Assembly: GCA_965226375.1 (NCBI GenBank)
Contig: CBDDCX010000008.1
Coordinates: 1,440,001 to 1,504,000 of the forward strand
DNA: 64,000 nt
Direction: 5' to 3'
Origin: Longimicrobiales bacterium
Lineage (GTDB): Bacteria; Gemmatimonadota; Gemmatimonadetes; Longimicrobiales; Gaopeijiaceae
This document shows, piece by piece, positions 9,945 to 19,088 of this stretch (position 1 is the first letter of the stretch; every line of letters begins with the position of its first letter). Made by a program: the position numbers and the translations under genes. The notes below the pieces were generated by a model. That model did no database searches and was not told the origin of the DNA. It saw only the letters and a program-made list of their open reading frames with translations.

Positions 9945-10952
9945 TTAGAGAGCAATGTCCTGTGCGGTGAGGGAAGGGATGGGAGGATTGATGAAGACGG
10001 CCTCCGGGAGCGGTTTGGGATTCGGCACACCTCTGACGAAGCGTTCGGGATGAGCGGCCCATGCTTCGCGGAGCACGGATTTCCTGCCGGCAATGACCTG
10101 ATCGGCGTTCCCGAAGTGGACCTGCTCGGGGGTTAGCATCGAGATGCCGCCATGGCGGTGCTCGGCATTGTACCAGCGGAAGAACGATCGACAGAACGTC
10201 TTGGCTTGGCCCTGATCCCCGAACCGTCCGGGAAACGAGGGATGGTACTTCAAGGTTTTGAACTGAGCCTCGGAAAACGGGTTGTCATCCGACACCTGAG
10301 GCCGGCTCAACGAGCGGGTCACGCCGAGGTCAGCGAGAAGTTGAGCGGTGCATTGGCTCGTCATTGGAGCTCCCCGATCCGAGTGCAGGGTCAGGACCCG
10401 GGGCTGGACGCCATGCTTCAGGCAGCTCTGCTGGATCAACCGGCCGGCCAGGGCCGAGTTCTCCCGGTCCGCCACCATCCAGCCCACGACGTAGCGGCTG
10501 TAGATGTCCATGATGACGTAGAGGTAGTAATAGCTCCACTTCTTCGGCCCGAGCAGCCGCGTGATATCCCAGGACCACACCTGGTTCGGCGCCGTGGCCA
10601 TCAACTCGGGCTTCTTGTACTCGGGATGGGTGCGCTGCGCCCGGCGTTCCTGAACCGGCACCTCGGAGGCCAGAACACGATACATCGTGCGTTCGCTGCA
10701 CAGGTAGACCTCTTCGTCGAGCAGCGTGGCCACCACCTCGGCGGGTGAGCGGTCCACGAACCGCTCCGAACACAGCGTGTCGAAGACCTCGCCTCGTTCC
10801 GTCTCGCTCAATGCCCGGGCGGGCGTCGGGCGGGGCTGCTGTTGCCCGGTTGATGGGCCTCGACGACGGTACAACGTCGATCGGGAGACCTCGAGGGCCG
10901 CGCACGCCGGTTTTACACCGACGTGCTTAGCCAGCTCATCGGCCGCCTTCAA
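9945..10952 (-). CDS. IS3-family transposase OrfB (rve/DDE integrase core)
   Basis: PNQVWSWDIT, DIYSRYVVGW, LHSDRG, DNPFSEAQFKTLK, WYN..H.H motifs. Confidence 0.95.
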   Translation of the reverse strand: MKAADELAKHVGVKPACAALEVSRSTLYRRRGPSTGQQQPRPTPARALSETERGEVFDTLCSERFVDRSPAEVVATLLDEEVYLCSERTMYRVLASEVPVQERRAQRTHPEYKKPELMATAPNQVWSWDITRLLGPKKWSYYYLYVIMDIYSRYVVGWMVADRENSALAGRLIQQSCLKHGVQPRVLTLHSDRGAPMTSQCTAQLLADLGVTRSLSRPQVSDDNPFSEAQFKTLKYHPSFPGRFGDQGQAKTFCRSFFRWYNAEHRHGGISMLTPEQVHFGNADQVIAGRKSVLREAWAAHPERFVRGVPNPKPLPEAVFINPPIPSLTAQDIAL

Positions 10953-11398
10953 GAGTTTGTCCCGTCGTCGAGGCTTATCCCCAGCAGCCCCGCAACTTTT
11001 CCCTGCACGTCGATGATCAGGTGTGCCTTCCTGAGCTCATTCCCGAGCCGTGCGTTTCGCCGCTCCAGCTTGCGTACCTTCTCATCCAGCGGATTTCGCT
11101 CCGGCTTGCGGCCGCGTTTCTTCGACAGGGCCTTCAGCGACCCGCTATGCGCCGCCTTGCGCCACGTCGTCAGGTGCGACGAGTACAGGCCCTCTCGCCG
11201 CAGGACTTGACCCACCTCGCCGGGCTCGGTGCACCGGTCCGCTTCTTCGACGATCCGCAGCTTGTACGACGGACTGAACCGCCGCCGTAGCGGCCTATCT
11301 ACTACCTCCGGGTCCGCAGGAGCTGCCGCGCTTCGCTTGGCCTCCCCGGTTCCAGGGGCACTACCATTCTCTGCCATTCTCTCTCGCAGTCCCAACAT
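10949..11398 (-). CDS. IS3-family transposase OrfA (HTH + coiled coil)
   Basis: RRRFSPSYKLRIV, LRREGLYSSHLTTWR; overlaps OrfB in the -1 frame. Confidence 0.9.
   Translation of the reverse strand: MLGLRERMAENGSAPGTGEAKRSAAAPADPEVVDRPLRRRFSPSYKLRIVEEADRCTEPGEVGQVLRREGLYSSHLTTWRKAAHSGSLKALSKKRGRKPERNPLDEKVRKLERRNARLGNELRKAHLIIDVQGKVAGLLGISLDDGTNS
10996..11003 (-). promoter_or_regulatory. Probable -1 programmed frameshift site of the IS (G GGA AAA G)
   Basis: X XXY YYZ heptamer in OrfA phase; the -1 frame is open from here into OrfB. Confidence 0.6.
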
Positions 11399-11994
11399 GT
11401 TCGTTTTCTCTGCCTTCGCCCTACTCTAATTCTTTGCGTGCTCCGTGTCTCACGTACGTTGGCAGAGAGGGCTCTTCACCAAGCCCCTGCCAAGAATAGG
11501 GTGACGTTCTCGGTTTGAACGCACCGCCACGTAGAAGGCTGGCACCCATAGCCTTCAGTTGATGAGCGATATCGAGAATCTGTTCCTCGCTCTCCACGGC
11601 ACACGGGCCCGCGATAATGGGAACCTCGGACCCGCCGAACCGAATCCCGCCCCCCACCTCGACGATCGTGTCTGCCTCACGCCATTCCCGGGAGACCTGC
11701 TTGTAGGGCTTGGTGACCGGGATGATCTCCAATACCCCGGGGAGCCCCTGAATCCGTGCCGAATCCACTCGCCCGTCGTTCCCCATAAGGCCGACTGTGG
11801 TCCGCTGCTTGCCTGGCATGGACCGGGCCTCATACCCCATATCCTCTATCTCTCCAACGACACGCCCGACCTCTGCTTCGGAGGCGTTGTGCTTCATGAC
11901 TACCAGCATGTGATTCTCAAGTTCGGGGGGGTTCTTGGCGGTTAGACGATGCTCGCCCTCGCTACAGAAGTGTACCGGCGGGAACAGATGTAGT

Positions 11995-12786
11995 CTACCG
12001 GACCGCGGGAGGCGCTCCCTGCTCGAGGACAACACTCATTCCGTCGTACCCGGCCACCACCCGTCCATCGTACCCCGCCTGACTCACGAGTTTGGGGACG
12101 TCGTCGGGGGAGAGCGCAGGGTAGACATGCGTGGTAACCACCAGACTCGGTGAAACCTGCCGTGCCAACGCCGCCACCCCACTGGGCGTCAAATGTGTCT
12201 CTACGGGGGGCGGGTCCGGGTGGGAGCACTCGACGATCAGGAGATCCGACTTCGCCAAGAAGTCTCCGAGCATCGGATTCTGGCCCGTATCGCCCGTATA
12301 CCCGACGCTTCCCGCTCCGCCCACCCAGTGGTACGCCACCGAGTGCGGGGTGTGGTCCGTTTCGCACGTTCTCAGGTCGACCATGCCGTCGGACCAACGA
12401 TCCTCGCGTGCCAACTCTACCACGGTAAGGTCGAAGCGGGGCTCCACTACATAGCGCCCATACGCGTCCGCCAGGGCTTCCAGAAGGTGGGAAACGCCCG
12501 GTGGGCCGAGAAGGGTTAGTGGGGCCGTACGAGGCGGAGTCATTCCGTGTGACAACGCGAACATCAAGGGGGCCAACCCACCGATGTGATCTGTGTGAAA
12601 GTGGCTGAGAGCGATGTGGGTAAGATCGGCCCACGGGACCCCGAAGCGACTCATGCCGTCCAAAACGCCGGAGCCACAGTCGAGCAACAGCAGCGTGTCA
12701 TCTTCCGCGATCAGGAAGGCGGCCGGGTGACGCAGGTGATTCGGAATCAGGGTGCCCGAACCGAGCACCGTCACTGTGGCGGTCAT
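11995..12786 (-). CDS. MBL-fold metallo-hydrolase (RNase Z/BN-like)
   Basis: LGSGT, DCGSG, SHFHTDH, YTGDT and THVY motifs. Confidence 0.85.
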   Translation of the reverse strand: MTATVTVLGSGTLIPNHLRHPAAFLIAEDDTLLLLDCGSGVLDGMSRFGVPWADLTHIALSHFHTDHIGGLAPLMFALSHGMTPPRTAPLTLLGPPGVSHLLEALADAYGRYVVEPRFDLTVVELAREDRWSDGMVDLRTCETDHTPHSVAYHWVGGAGSVGYTGDTGQNPMLGDFLAKSDLLIVECSHPDPPPVETHLTPSGVAALARQVSPSLVVTTHVYPALSPDDVPKLVSQAGYDGRVVAGYDGMSVVLEQGAPPAVR

Positions 12787-12843
12787 TCCGACTTGGCCAT
12801 CCCTGAACGTTCGGGTGACCAGCGGACCACCTTCCCCCAAGTC

Positions 12844-15800
12844 CTAGGCCGCCGAACCACCCACCTGCAGAGCGTCCTGGAACTGCACCCCGACAATCGT
12901 GCTCACTCCGGGCTCTTCCATAGTGACGCCGTAGATCCAATCAGCGGCTTCGATGGACCTCGGATTGTGTGTGATGATCACGAACTGAGTCTGCTTCTTG
13001 AATTCCTGGAGCAGTCGAATGAAGCGACCGATGTTGTTCTCGTCGAGCGGGGCATCCACCTCGTCGAGAACGCAGAACGGACTCGGCTTGACCAGGTAGA
13101 TCCCGAAGAGCAATGACAGTGCCGTCAGAGCCCGCTCTCCACCCGACAACAGATCGATTCTCTGGGTTTTCTTTCCATGGGGAGAGGCGTGCACTTCGAT
13201 CGGTGATTCCAGCGGATCCTCTGGATCTTCCAGCCAAATGTCGGCCTCGCCTCCCTCGAACAGTCGCTGGAAGGTGGACTGGAAGTTTTCACGGATCTTC
13301 TCGAACGTGCCCTCGAAGAGGTCGATGGCGGTCTCATTGATCTGGCGGATGGCCGACTTGAGGTCGTTCCTTGCGGCCATGAGGTCTTCACGCTGCTCAC
13401 TGAGGAACTCGAGCCTGGCACTTTCCTCGGCATGCTCTTCGACGGCGAGCATGTTGACCAGTCCGATGCGATCCAGCTTGATCACGATGTCCTCGAGCTC
13501 CGCCTTCAGGGCTTCGGGCGTACCCTCCACCGGCTCGGCTTCTTCTAGGAGGCGCTCCAGTGGACGACCCCACTCCCCCTCGAGGCGCTCCTGAATGAGT
13601 CCGATGCGACCGGAGACCTCCTGTCTCTCCAACTCGAGCTGATGACGTCGGTCTACGGCTTCACGCTCGGCGCTGCGTGCCACGCGCGCCGCCTTATCCG
13701 CTTCAGCCAGGGCCTCGGCCACGTCGGACAACACCTTGGTTCGCTCCGCGTACACCGTGTCGGCTTCATCACGTTCACCGAACAGCCGCTCCGTCGCGAC
13801 GCGGCCATTTTCCTGGAGCGTTTGGACGGTGTCCACCTCTTCCCTCAGGTCTTTTTCCTCGACATCGAGCTCACCTAGTCGATCCTCCCCGGTGGACATC
13901 TCGCGGGTGAGATCTTTCAGGCGCTCGGCCACTCTTGCGACGTCCGCCTCCAGGCGAGCCAGGGTCACCGACAGCCGGGTCTCCTCTGCCCTAGCCTCTT
14001 CCCACTCGTCCTGGACGCGGACGAGGACCTCACGCGCTTGCTCGCGCTCGGCACGGATCGCACCCTCCTGTCCCAGAAAGCCCTCGCGATCCTCTCCGGC
14101 CGTCTGTGCTCGTTCCAGCGCCCTGGTCCGGGCAGCCTTGGCTCCCTCCAACTGCCTCGCGAGCTCGTCTCGATGGGTGTCAACTCGGGCTCGGCGGTCT
14201 ACCTGAGCCGCCATCTCGGCGCTGGTCCGCCTCAACTCGTCTTCGGCTTCCAGGAATGAGACGCGTGCGGCTACGAGAGCGGCCTCGGCCGCTTCCGCCG
14301 CGGCATCCGCGTCTTCGACCTCCCTCCTTGAAACGGTCGCCTTGCCCGCGGCCTGACCCAATGTCTTACGCAATGACTCAACGCGAGCCCTCCGCTCGAG
14401 CATGCCGGAGGTCCCCGACGGTCTGCCGATCTTCACAAAGCCGCGGGGATCGCGAACCATGCCCGTAATCGACAGCAGTGAGCGGTCTGGATCTGGACTA
14501 CTCGCGACAGCATCATCGGCCTCGACCAGATCCGCCTCACCGAGCAGTGCTTCCACCCAGGGAGCTCCCTGCCCTTTGGCTTTGACGGACTTCAGCAGTG
14601 ACCCACCCGCGTGATCGGGCACACGATCGAGGGGAAGCAGCACCAGCCCGCCATCCTCGGTCCACTCTTCGGCAAACCAGCGAACGATACGATCGACGCA
14701 AGCACCATCTCGCACCACGAGAGCCTGTGCGAGCGGGCCCAGGTAGGTCTCCACGGCCGCGGCGACCTCACTGGCAGCTTCCATGAAGTCGAGTAGGGAT
14801 CCCACCACGTCGGCGTCTTCAAGAGCGAGTACGGCCTGGATGGCCGGGTCGACACCCTCGTGCCTGAGGCCGAGAGCTTCCAAGGCCGAGACCTCGACCT
14901 CCATGCCCTGAACGATTCGAGCGGCATCGAGGTCCCTCAGCCTCGCCTCGTCGAGTGCCTTACGGCGGCCCTCGAGATCCTCCCGAGCGGTGTCGAGGTG
15001 TTTCCGGGCATCCTCCACCGCCACCTGGAGACCATCGAGGCGGGTCGTGAAGAGATCACCCTGCGACTCAAGGTCGGTCAGAACGGTGGAGGCGTCACTC
15101 AGTTCCACCGTTACCCGCTCGATGCGGCGCTCGAGCTCGGCGGCCTGGCCCCGGGCCGCTTCGGCACCGCCCTCGAGCTGTGCGCCCTTTCGGACCAAAT
15201 CGCGCTCCCGGTGCTCCGTCTCTTCAACCCGATCGCGCGCTTCCTTCAGGCGCGCCTTCACGGCCGCCGACACTTCTGCCTGGCTAGTGGCATCCGCCCG
15301 GATCGCCTCCAGCTTTCCTTCCTGCCCATCGTGATTCGCCTGAAGGTCGGTCGCTTCGACCCTGACGTCGCCCAAACGCTTGGACCAGGCCTCACGATCA
15401 TCGTCGATCTGACTCAGCCGCTTTTCGGCGTACCCTCTACGCTCTTCTGCCACGGCCAGGTCGCGCTCCCACTCGACGAGTTGGGTCTTCACCCGGTCGA
15501 GCACCTCCGCAGCTTCGGTCCTCGCCCGTTCCGCCGTCACCTCATCGAGCCGTAGCTTCTCATAGGTGGCCTCGGCTGTCCGAAGCTCGGCCACCATGCC
15601 CTGACCCGTCTTACGGTCTCCCTCCAAGACGGCATCCAGCTCCTTCAGGCGCGCCGAAAGATCCGCCAGGTCGTTGCGAACTACAGCGACCTCGACCGAC
15701 AACCGTCGTTCCCGAAGAGACTTGTATCGCTCGGCCTTGCCCTTCTGCCTAGCCAGCGACCGTACCTTGGTCTCGACCTCGCCGATAACGTCTTCCAGGC

Positions 15801-16368
15801 GAGTGAGATCGTTGTCGGCGTGCTCCAGCCGACGAAGCGCGGCCTTACGACGATCCTTGTACTTGCTGATTCCGGAGGCCTCTTCGAAGAGTTGCCGTCT
15901 CTCCTCCGCGCGATCGGAAAGAATCGCATCGATCATCCGGGTCTCAATCACCGAATAGGCGTTCGCGCCAAGTCCGGTATCGCGGCAAAGATCGACTACA
16001 TCACGCAGACGACAGGTCGCCCGGTTTAGCGAGTAATCACTCCCCCCATCCCGATATATCGTGCGGCCGATCTCGACCTCATCATACGCGACCGGAAGCA
16101 CTCCGTCCTCGTTGCTCACGACCATGGTAACCGCGCCCCGGTTCACGGGGCGGCGATTCAGTGAACCCTGGAAGATCGCCTCCTCCATCTTGCCACCACG
16201 GACGGCGGAGGGACGTTGCTCGCCCAATACCCAGCGAACGGCGTCGCTGATATTCGATTTTCCACAACCGTTGGGCCCGACGATCGCGGTGATGCCCTCG
16301 TGGAAGTCGATGACGGTGGAGTCTGCGAACGACTTGAACCCGTGGAGGCGAAGAGATCGGAGTTTCAT
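12844..16368 (-). CDS. smc: Chromosome segregation protein SMC
   Basis: GFKSF, GPNGCGKSN, long coiled coils, LSGGE, LDEVDAPLD. Confidence 0.98.
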   Translation of the reverse strand: MKLRSLRLHGFKSFADSTVIDFHEGITAIVGPNGCGKSNISDAVRWVLGEQRPSAVRGGKMEEAIFQGSLNRRPVNRGAVTMVVSNEDGVLPVAYDEVEIGRTIYRDGGSDYSLNRATCRLRDVVDLCRDTGLGANAYSVIETRMIDAILSDRAEERRQLFEEASGISKYKDRRKAALRRLEHADNDLTRLEDVIGEVETKVRSLARQKGKAERYKSLRERRLSVEVAVVRNDLADLSARLKELDAVLEGDRKTGQGMVAELRTAEATYEKLRLDEVTAERARTEAAEVLDRVKTQLVEWERDLAVAEERRGYAEKRLSQIDDDREAWSKRLGDVRVEATDLQANHDGQEGKLEAIRADATSQAEVSAAVKARLKEARDRVEETEHRERDLVRKGAQLEGGAEAARGQAAELERRIERVTVELSDASTVLTDLESQGDLFTTRLDGLQVAVEDARKHLDTAREDLEGRRKALDEARLRDLDAARIVQGMEVEVSALEALGLRHEGVDPAIQAVLALEDADVVGSLLDFMEAASEVAAAVETYLGPLAQALVVRDGACVDRIVRWFAEEWTEDGGLVLLPLDRVPDHAGGSLLKSVKAKGQGAPWVEALLGEADLVEADDAVASSPDPDRSLLSITGMVRDPRGFVKIGRPSGTSGMLERRARVESLRKTLGQAAGKATVSRREVEDADAAAEAAEAALVAARVSFLEAEDELRRTSAEMAAQVDRRARVDTHRDELARQLEGAKAARTRALERAQTAGEDREGFLGQEGAIRAEREQAREVLVRVQDEWEEARAEETRLSVTLARLEADVARVAERLKDLTREMSTGEDRLGELDVEEKDLREEVDTVQTLQENGRVATERLFGERDEADTVYAERTKVLSDVAEALAEADKAARVARSAEREAVDRRHQLELERQEVSGRIGLIQERLEGEWGRPLERLLEEAEPVEGTPEALKAELEDIVIKLDRIGLVNMLAVEEHAEESARLEFLSEQREDLMAARNDLKSAIRQINETAIDLFEGTFEKIRENFQSTFQRLFEGGEADIWLEDPEDPLESPIEVHASPHGKKTQRIDLLSGGERALTALSLLFGIYLVKPSPFCVLDEVDAPLDENNIGRFIRLLQEFKKQTQFVIITHNPRSIEAADWIYGVTMEEPGVSTIVGVQFQDALQVGGSAA

Positions 16369-18941
16369 TGGGGCAGTCGGCCTCTACGTTCGGTCAGACG
16401 TACGCCACCCAGGTCGTTCGAGCGAAGGAGTCGTCCCATCGCGGCGGCCTGGAACTCGTCCACGAAAGCGCCACCATACACGCGCATTGCCGTGGTCTCG
16501 TCAGGATAACTGACTTCGAGGATGTGAGTCGGGATGGAGAGAGCGGCTAGCGACTCTACTCTGCCGGCCGCATCCGCATCCTCGGCATACTCCCCGAAGA
16601 AGAACGAGTATCTCGCTTCCTGAACCGTCCACGTGGTGGGGTCGAGTCGATCGAGAACCTCGGCCAGAGGCTCCTTGAGATCGTCCGCCTCCACCGCGCT
16701 GAAGGCCGGGCCGGCGAGCAACGCGTATTGGACGCCTCCGTCTACCTCTGTAACGGTCACAAAGAACAAGAACTCGGGAAGTCTCGCCCTGAGGGCCTCC
16801 ACGGTGCTCAAAGCCGTTTCCATATTTCGCCAAGCCTCGACCGCGAGCACGTGCGTTATCACGGGCGTCACCGGCGTCGGCCCCGGTAGCTCCACGGGGG
16901 CGGGTACGGCGGAGCGCACCCTGTCCGGTGGCGTGATCCCGGGGATGTTGACGAGGCCGAAATACGCGACGCCGAGGCCTCCGCCACCGACAATCAGTGC
17001 GGTCGTCCCGGCCACCATCAGTTGCCGGAGCCTTGCCCCTCTCTTTCTTCGCCGCTCCAACTCCTCCAGCCCCGACATTCTCGCCGGTGGACCCTCGTCC
17101 GCGACAACCTCGATGTCTGGCACCGTATCCTCGGCGGGAGGCGTGTCGGCAGCGACCTCCATGACCTCCGCGGCCGCATCCACGGCAATGGATCCGTCCG
17201 CAGCATCCACGATCGGCACGTCATCACTGAGTTCAGGGGGGCCGGCCTCAAGGTCGGCTGCGTCGTCACCACCGAGAGGCACGTCTCCCGCGGCCCCGGC
17301 AAGGTCTTCCTCAGCGGCCTGCTCCTCCTCTTCGGCCACGGCACTGGCCTCTACCTCGAGGCCTTCGTCTCCGAAGCCGAAGTCGTCGGCACCCTCCATC
17401 TCCTCTTCCGACTCCCCACCCAGCGCGACTGCATCGGCGGCCAAGTCCATGCCCTGGTCGTCCGGCGCGTCTTCAAGATCGAATCCGGAGCCTGTCTCGA
17501 ATCCGGCCATATCCAGACGGGCCGCCTCGGCTGCAGCCGCCACAGCTTCCTCATCCATTTCGACGTTGGATCGGGTCACCCCGTCCATCATGTCCGCCTC
17601 TTTGTCGGCCGCCTCATCCGCGCTCACTGGGGCCTCTGGACCCGCCGCCGCCGGTTCGTCGGGTTCCGGGGGGGACACCTCGAGCGACTCGACCTCCGAG
17701 GGCTCCATCTCCAAGGCCGCCACATCCAGGTCCAGGCCCGCTTCCTCCTCGGACTCCTCCTCCGACGGAGCGTCCTCTTCAAGTGAGGCCGCCGACTCGT
17801 CGGGTTGAGTCACTACCGGCTCGACCTCGTCAGGGACCTCGGGCGGGGGCGTGGGATCTTCCGTCTCGGCTGCGCTGGAAGCGTCGTATTGTGATCCTGC
17901 CATGCCGTCGAAGTTGAAGGCGCCGGAGTCATCCGTCTGGTCTGCAGCATTTCCCGTGGACTCGGGAAGCTCTTCCATCGAGAAGAGTTCCCCATCACCG
18001 GCGACCTCCTGTGTGACCCCGGCCGGCGTTTCATCAACACTGACAGGTGGCTCGAGCTCTAACTCCGGCTCCGACCCCAACTCCGGCCCGGACTCCAACT
18101 CCGGCTCCGACTCAGACTCAGACGTCGGGTCCAACTCCGGCTCGGGCGTTGAATCTGCCTCGAACTCGGCTTCTTGATCGTCATCCAGGTCAGAGACCAT
18201 CTCTACCTCCGGTTCCGGTTCCTCTTGGAGCACCTCTGCAACCTCCAGCTCCGCATCGAACCCATGCTCGGATTCAGGATCTAGCTCAGTCGTCGAAGCG
18301 AGTTCAGACTCGGGTTCGGACGTCCTGTCTACCTCGACGTCCATAACCGCTTCGGGGCCAATCACGGCAAGGACTCGTTCCGAAGCCGCACCCAGGATCG
18401 CTCCCCCCGCGTCTCCGCCCGCCTCCGAAACGAGGATGATTCCTGCGGCCTTGTCGAGCAGGGCCCCGGCTCCGGTGGTGGAAGCCGACAGATGCAAGAC
18501 CAGCACCGCCCCGGCCTCCTGGAAGCCGCCAATGACCGTATCCCACTTGGGGTGCGCCAATACCTCTTCAGCGTCAGCCACCGGGGTTCCTGCAGGCGCA
18601 AGGAGAAAACCACCGTCGACGGGCCGGGCTACCCGCTTCACCGAAGCCCCATAAAGCATGACGTCGGACAGGCCTTCATCGCCTGCGCCGTCAACCAGTT
18701 CATGGAGAACCGGATCCTCGAAAGACGCATCTGCCAGAAGGACGCTCCGGCCCCTGGCAGCCCAGCCCCGAGCGAGGAGCAGGCTCGCACTCGCCCCCCA
18801 GTGTCGTTCGATTTCCGGTGTCACCCAGACGACCACACAAGCCGGAGTGGAGTCGGCAGAATCAAGCGCGCCGGCAATCGGCTCCGGGAGGTCCCCACCG
18901 GTCGGATCAATGGACTGCCAGGCTGGAATATCCGGACTCAT
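16365..18941 (-). CDS. Membrane-anchored SPOR-like protein with degenerate MinD/BY-kinase-like N-domain and long acidic linker (paralog 1)
   Basis: N-term LARGWAARGRSVLLAD..PVLHE..EGLSD; Glu/Asp/Pro-rich middle; one TM segment; SPOR-like C-term (MRVYGGAF); stop overlaps smc start; start could be 18986. Confidence 0.7.
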   Translation of the reverse strand: MSPDIPAWQSIDPTGGDLPEPIAGALDSADSTPACVVVWVTPEIERHWGASASLLLARGWAARGRSVLLADASFEDPVLHELVDGAGDEGLSDVMLYGASVKRVARPVDGGFLLAPAGTPVADAEEVLAHPKWDTVIGGFQEAGAVLVLHLSASTTGAGALLDKAAGIILVSEAGGDAGGAILGAASERVLAVIGPEAVMDVEVDRTSEPESELASTTELDPESEHGFDAELEVAEVLQEEPEPEVEMVSDLDDDQEAEFEADSTPEPELDPTSESESEPELESGPELGSEPELELEPPVSVDETPAGVTQEVAGDGELFSMEELPESTGNAADQTDDSGAFNFDGMAGSQYDASSAAETEDPTPPPEVPDEVEPVVTQPDESAASLEEDAPSEEESEEEAGLDLDVAALEMEPSEVESLEVSPPEPDEPAAAGPEAPVSADEAADKEADMMDGVTRSNVEMDEEAVAAAAEAARLDMAGFETGSGFDLEDAPDDQGMDLAADAVALGGESEEEMEGADDFGFGDEGLEVEASAVAEEEEQAAEEDLAGAAGDVPLGGDDAADLEAGPPELSDDVPIVDAADGSIAVDAAAEVMEVAADTPPAEDTVPDIEVVADEGPPARMSGLEELERRRKRGARLRQLMVAGTTALIVGGGGLGVAYFGLVNIPGITPPDRVRSAVPAPVELPGPTPVTPVITHVLAVEAWRNMETALSTVEALRARLPEFLFFVTVTEVDGGVQYALLAGPAFSAVEADDLKEPLAEVLDRLDPTTWTVQEARYSFFFGEYAEDADAAGRVESLAALSIPTHILEVSYPDETTAMRVYGGAFVDEFQAAAMGRLLRSNDLGGVRLTERRGRLPQ
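18061..18114. repeat. 3 x 18-bp imperfect tandem repeat (E/P/S-rich peptide)
   Basis: aactccggctccgacccc / aactccggcccggactcc / aactccggctccgactca. Confidence 0.75.
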
Positions 18942-19088
18942 CCGCGCACCCTTCGCATGGTGAAAAAACCGCGCCGCGACGGGCACGATGCACCAGCAGA
19001 ACGGAGTCGTCGCACCCCCCGTTTTGATGGCGGCAAAGGTAACCCACCCTCCAAGAGAGGTCCACAGGAGGCCCGGACACGCCGGCCT

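Larger units (their letters stand above)
9905..11471 (-). mobile_element. IS3-family insertion sequence, 1567 bp, 3-bp target duplication (CTC 9902-9904 and 11472-11474)
   Basis: Two overlapping ORFs (HTH OrfA, DDE OrfB); imperfect inverted repeats CGGAACCTGTCAACGACAATGGGACAC vs CCCTCTCTGCCAACGTACGTGAGACAC; precise interruption of aroF. Confidence 0.93.
9311..11909 (-). pseudogene. aroF: DAHP synthase (type I-beta with N-terminal regulatory domain) interrupted by an IS
   Basis: N-part 11472-11909 (IAGPCAVES, RGGAFKPRTSPYSWQGLGEE) and C-part 9311-9901 ([35 protein letters not shown]) rejoin in frame to 342 aa once the IS and one GAG copy are removed. Confidence 0.93.
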
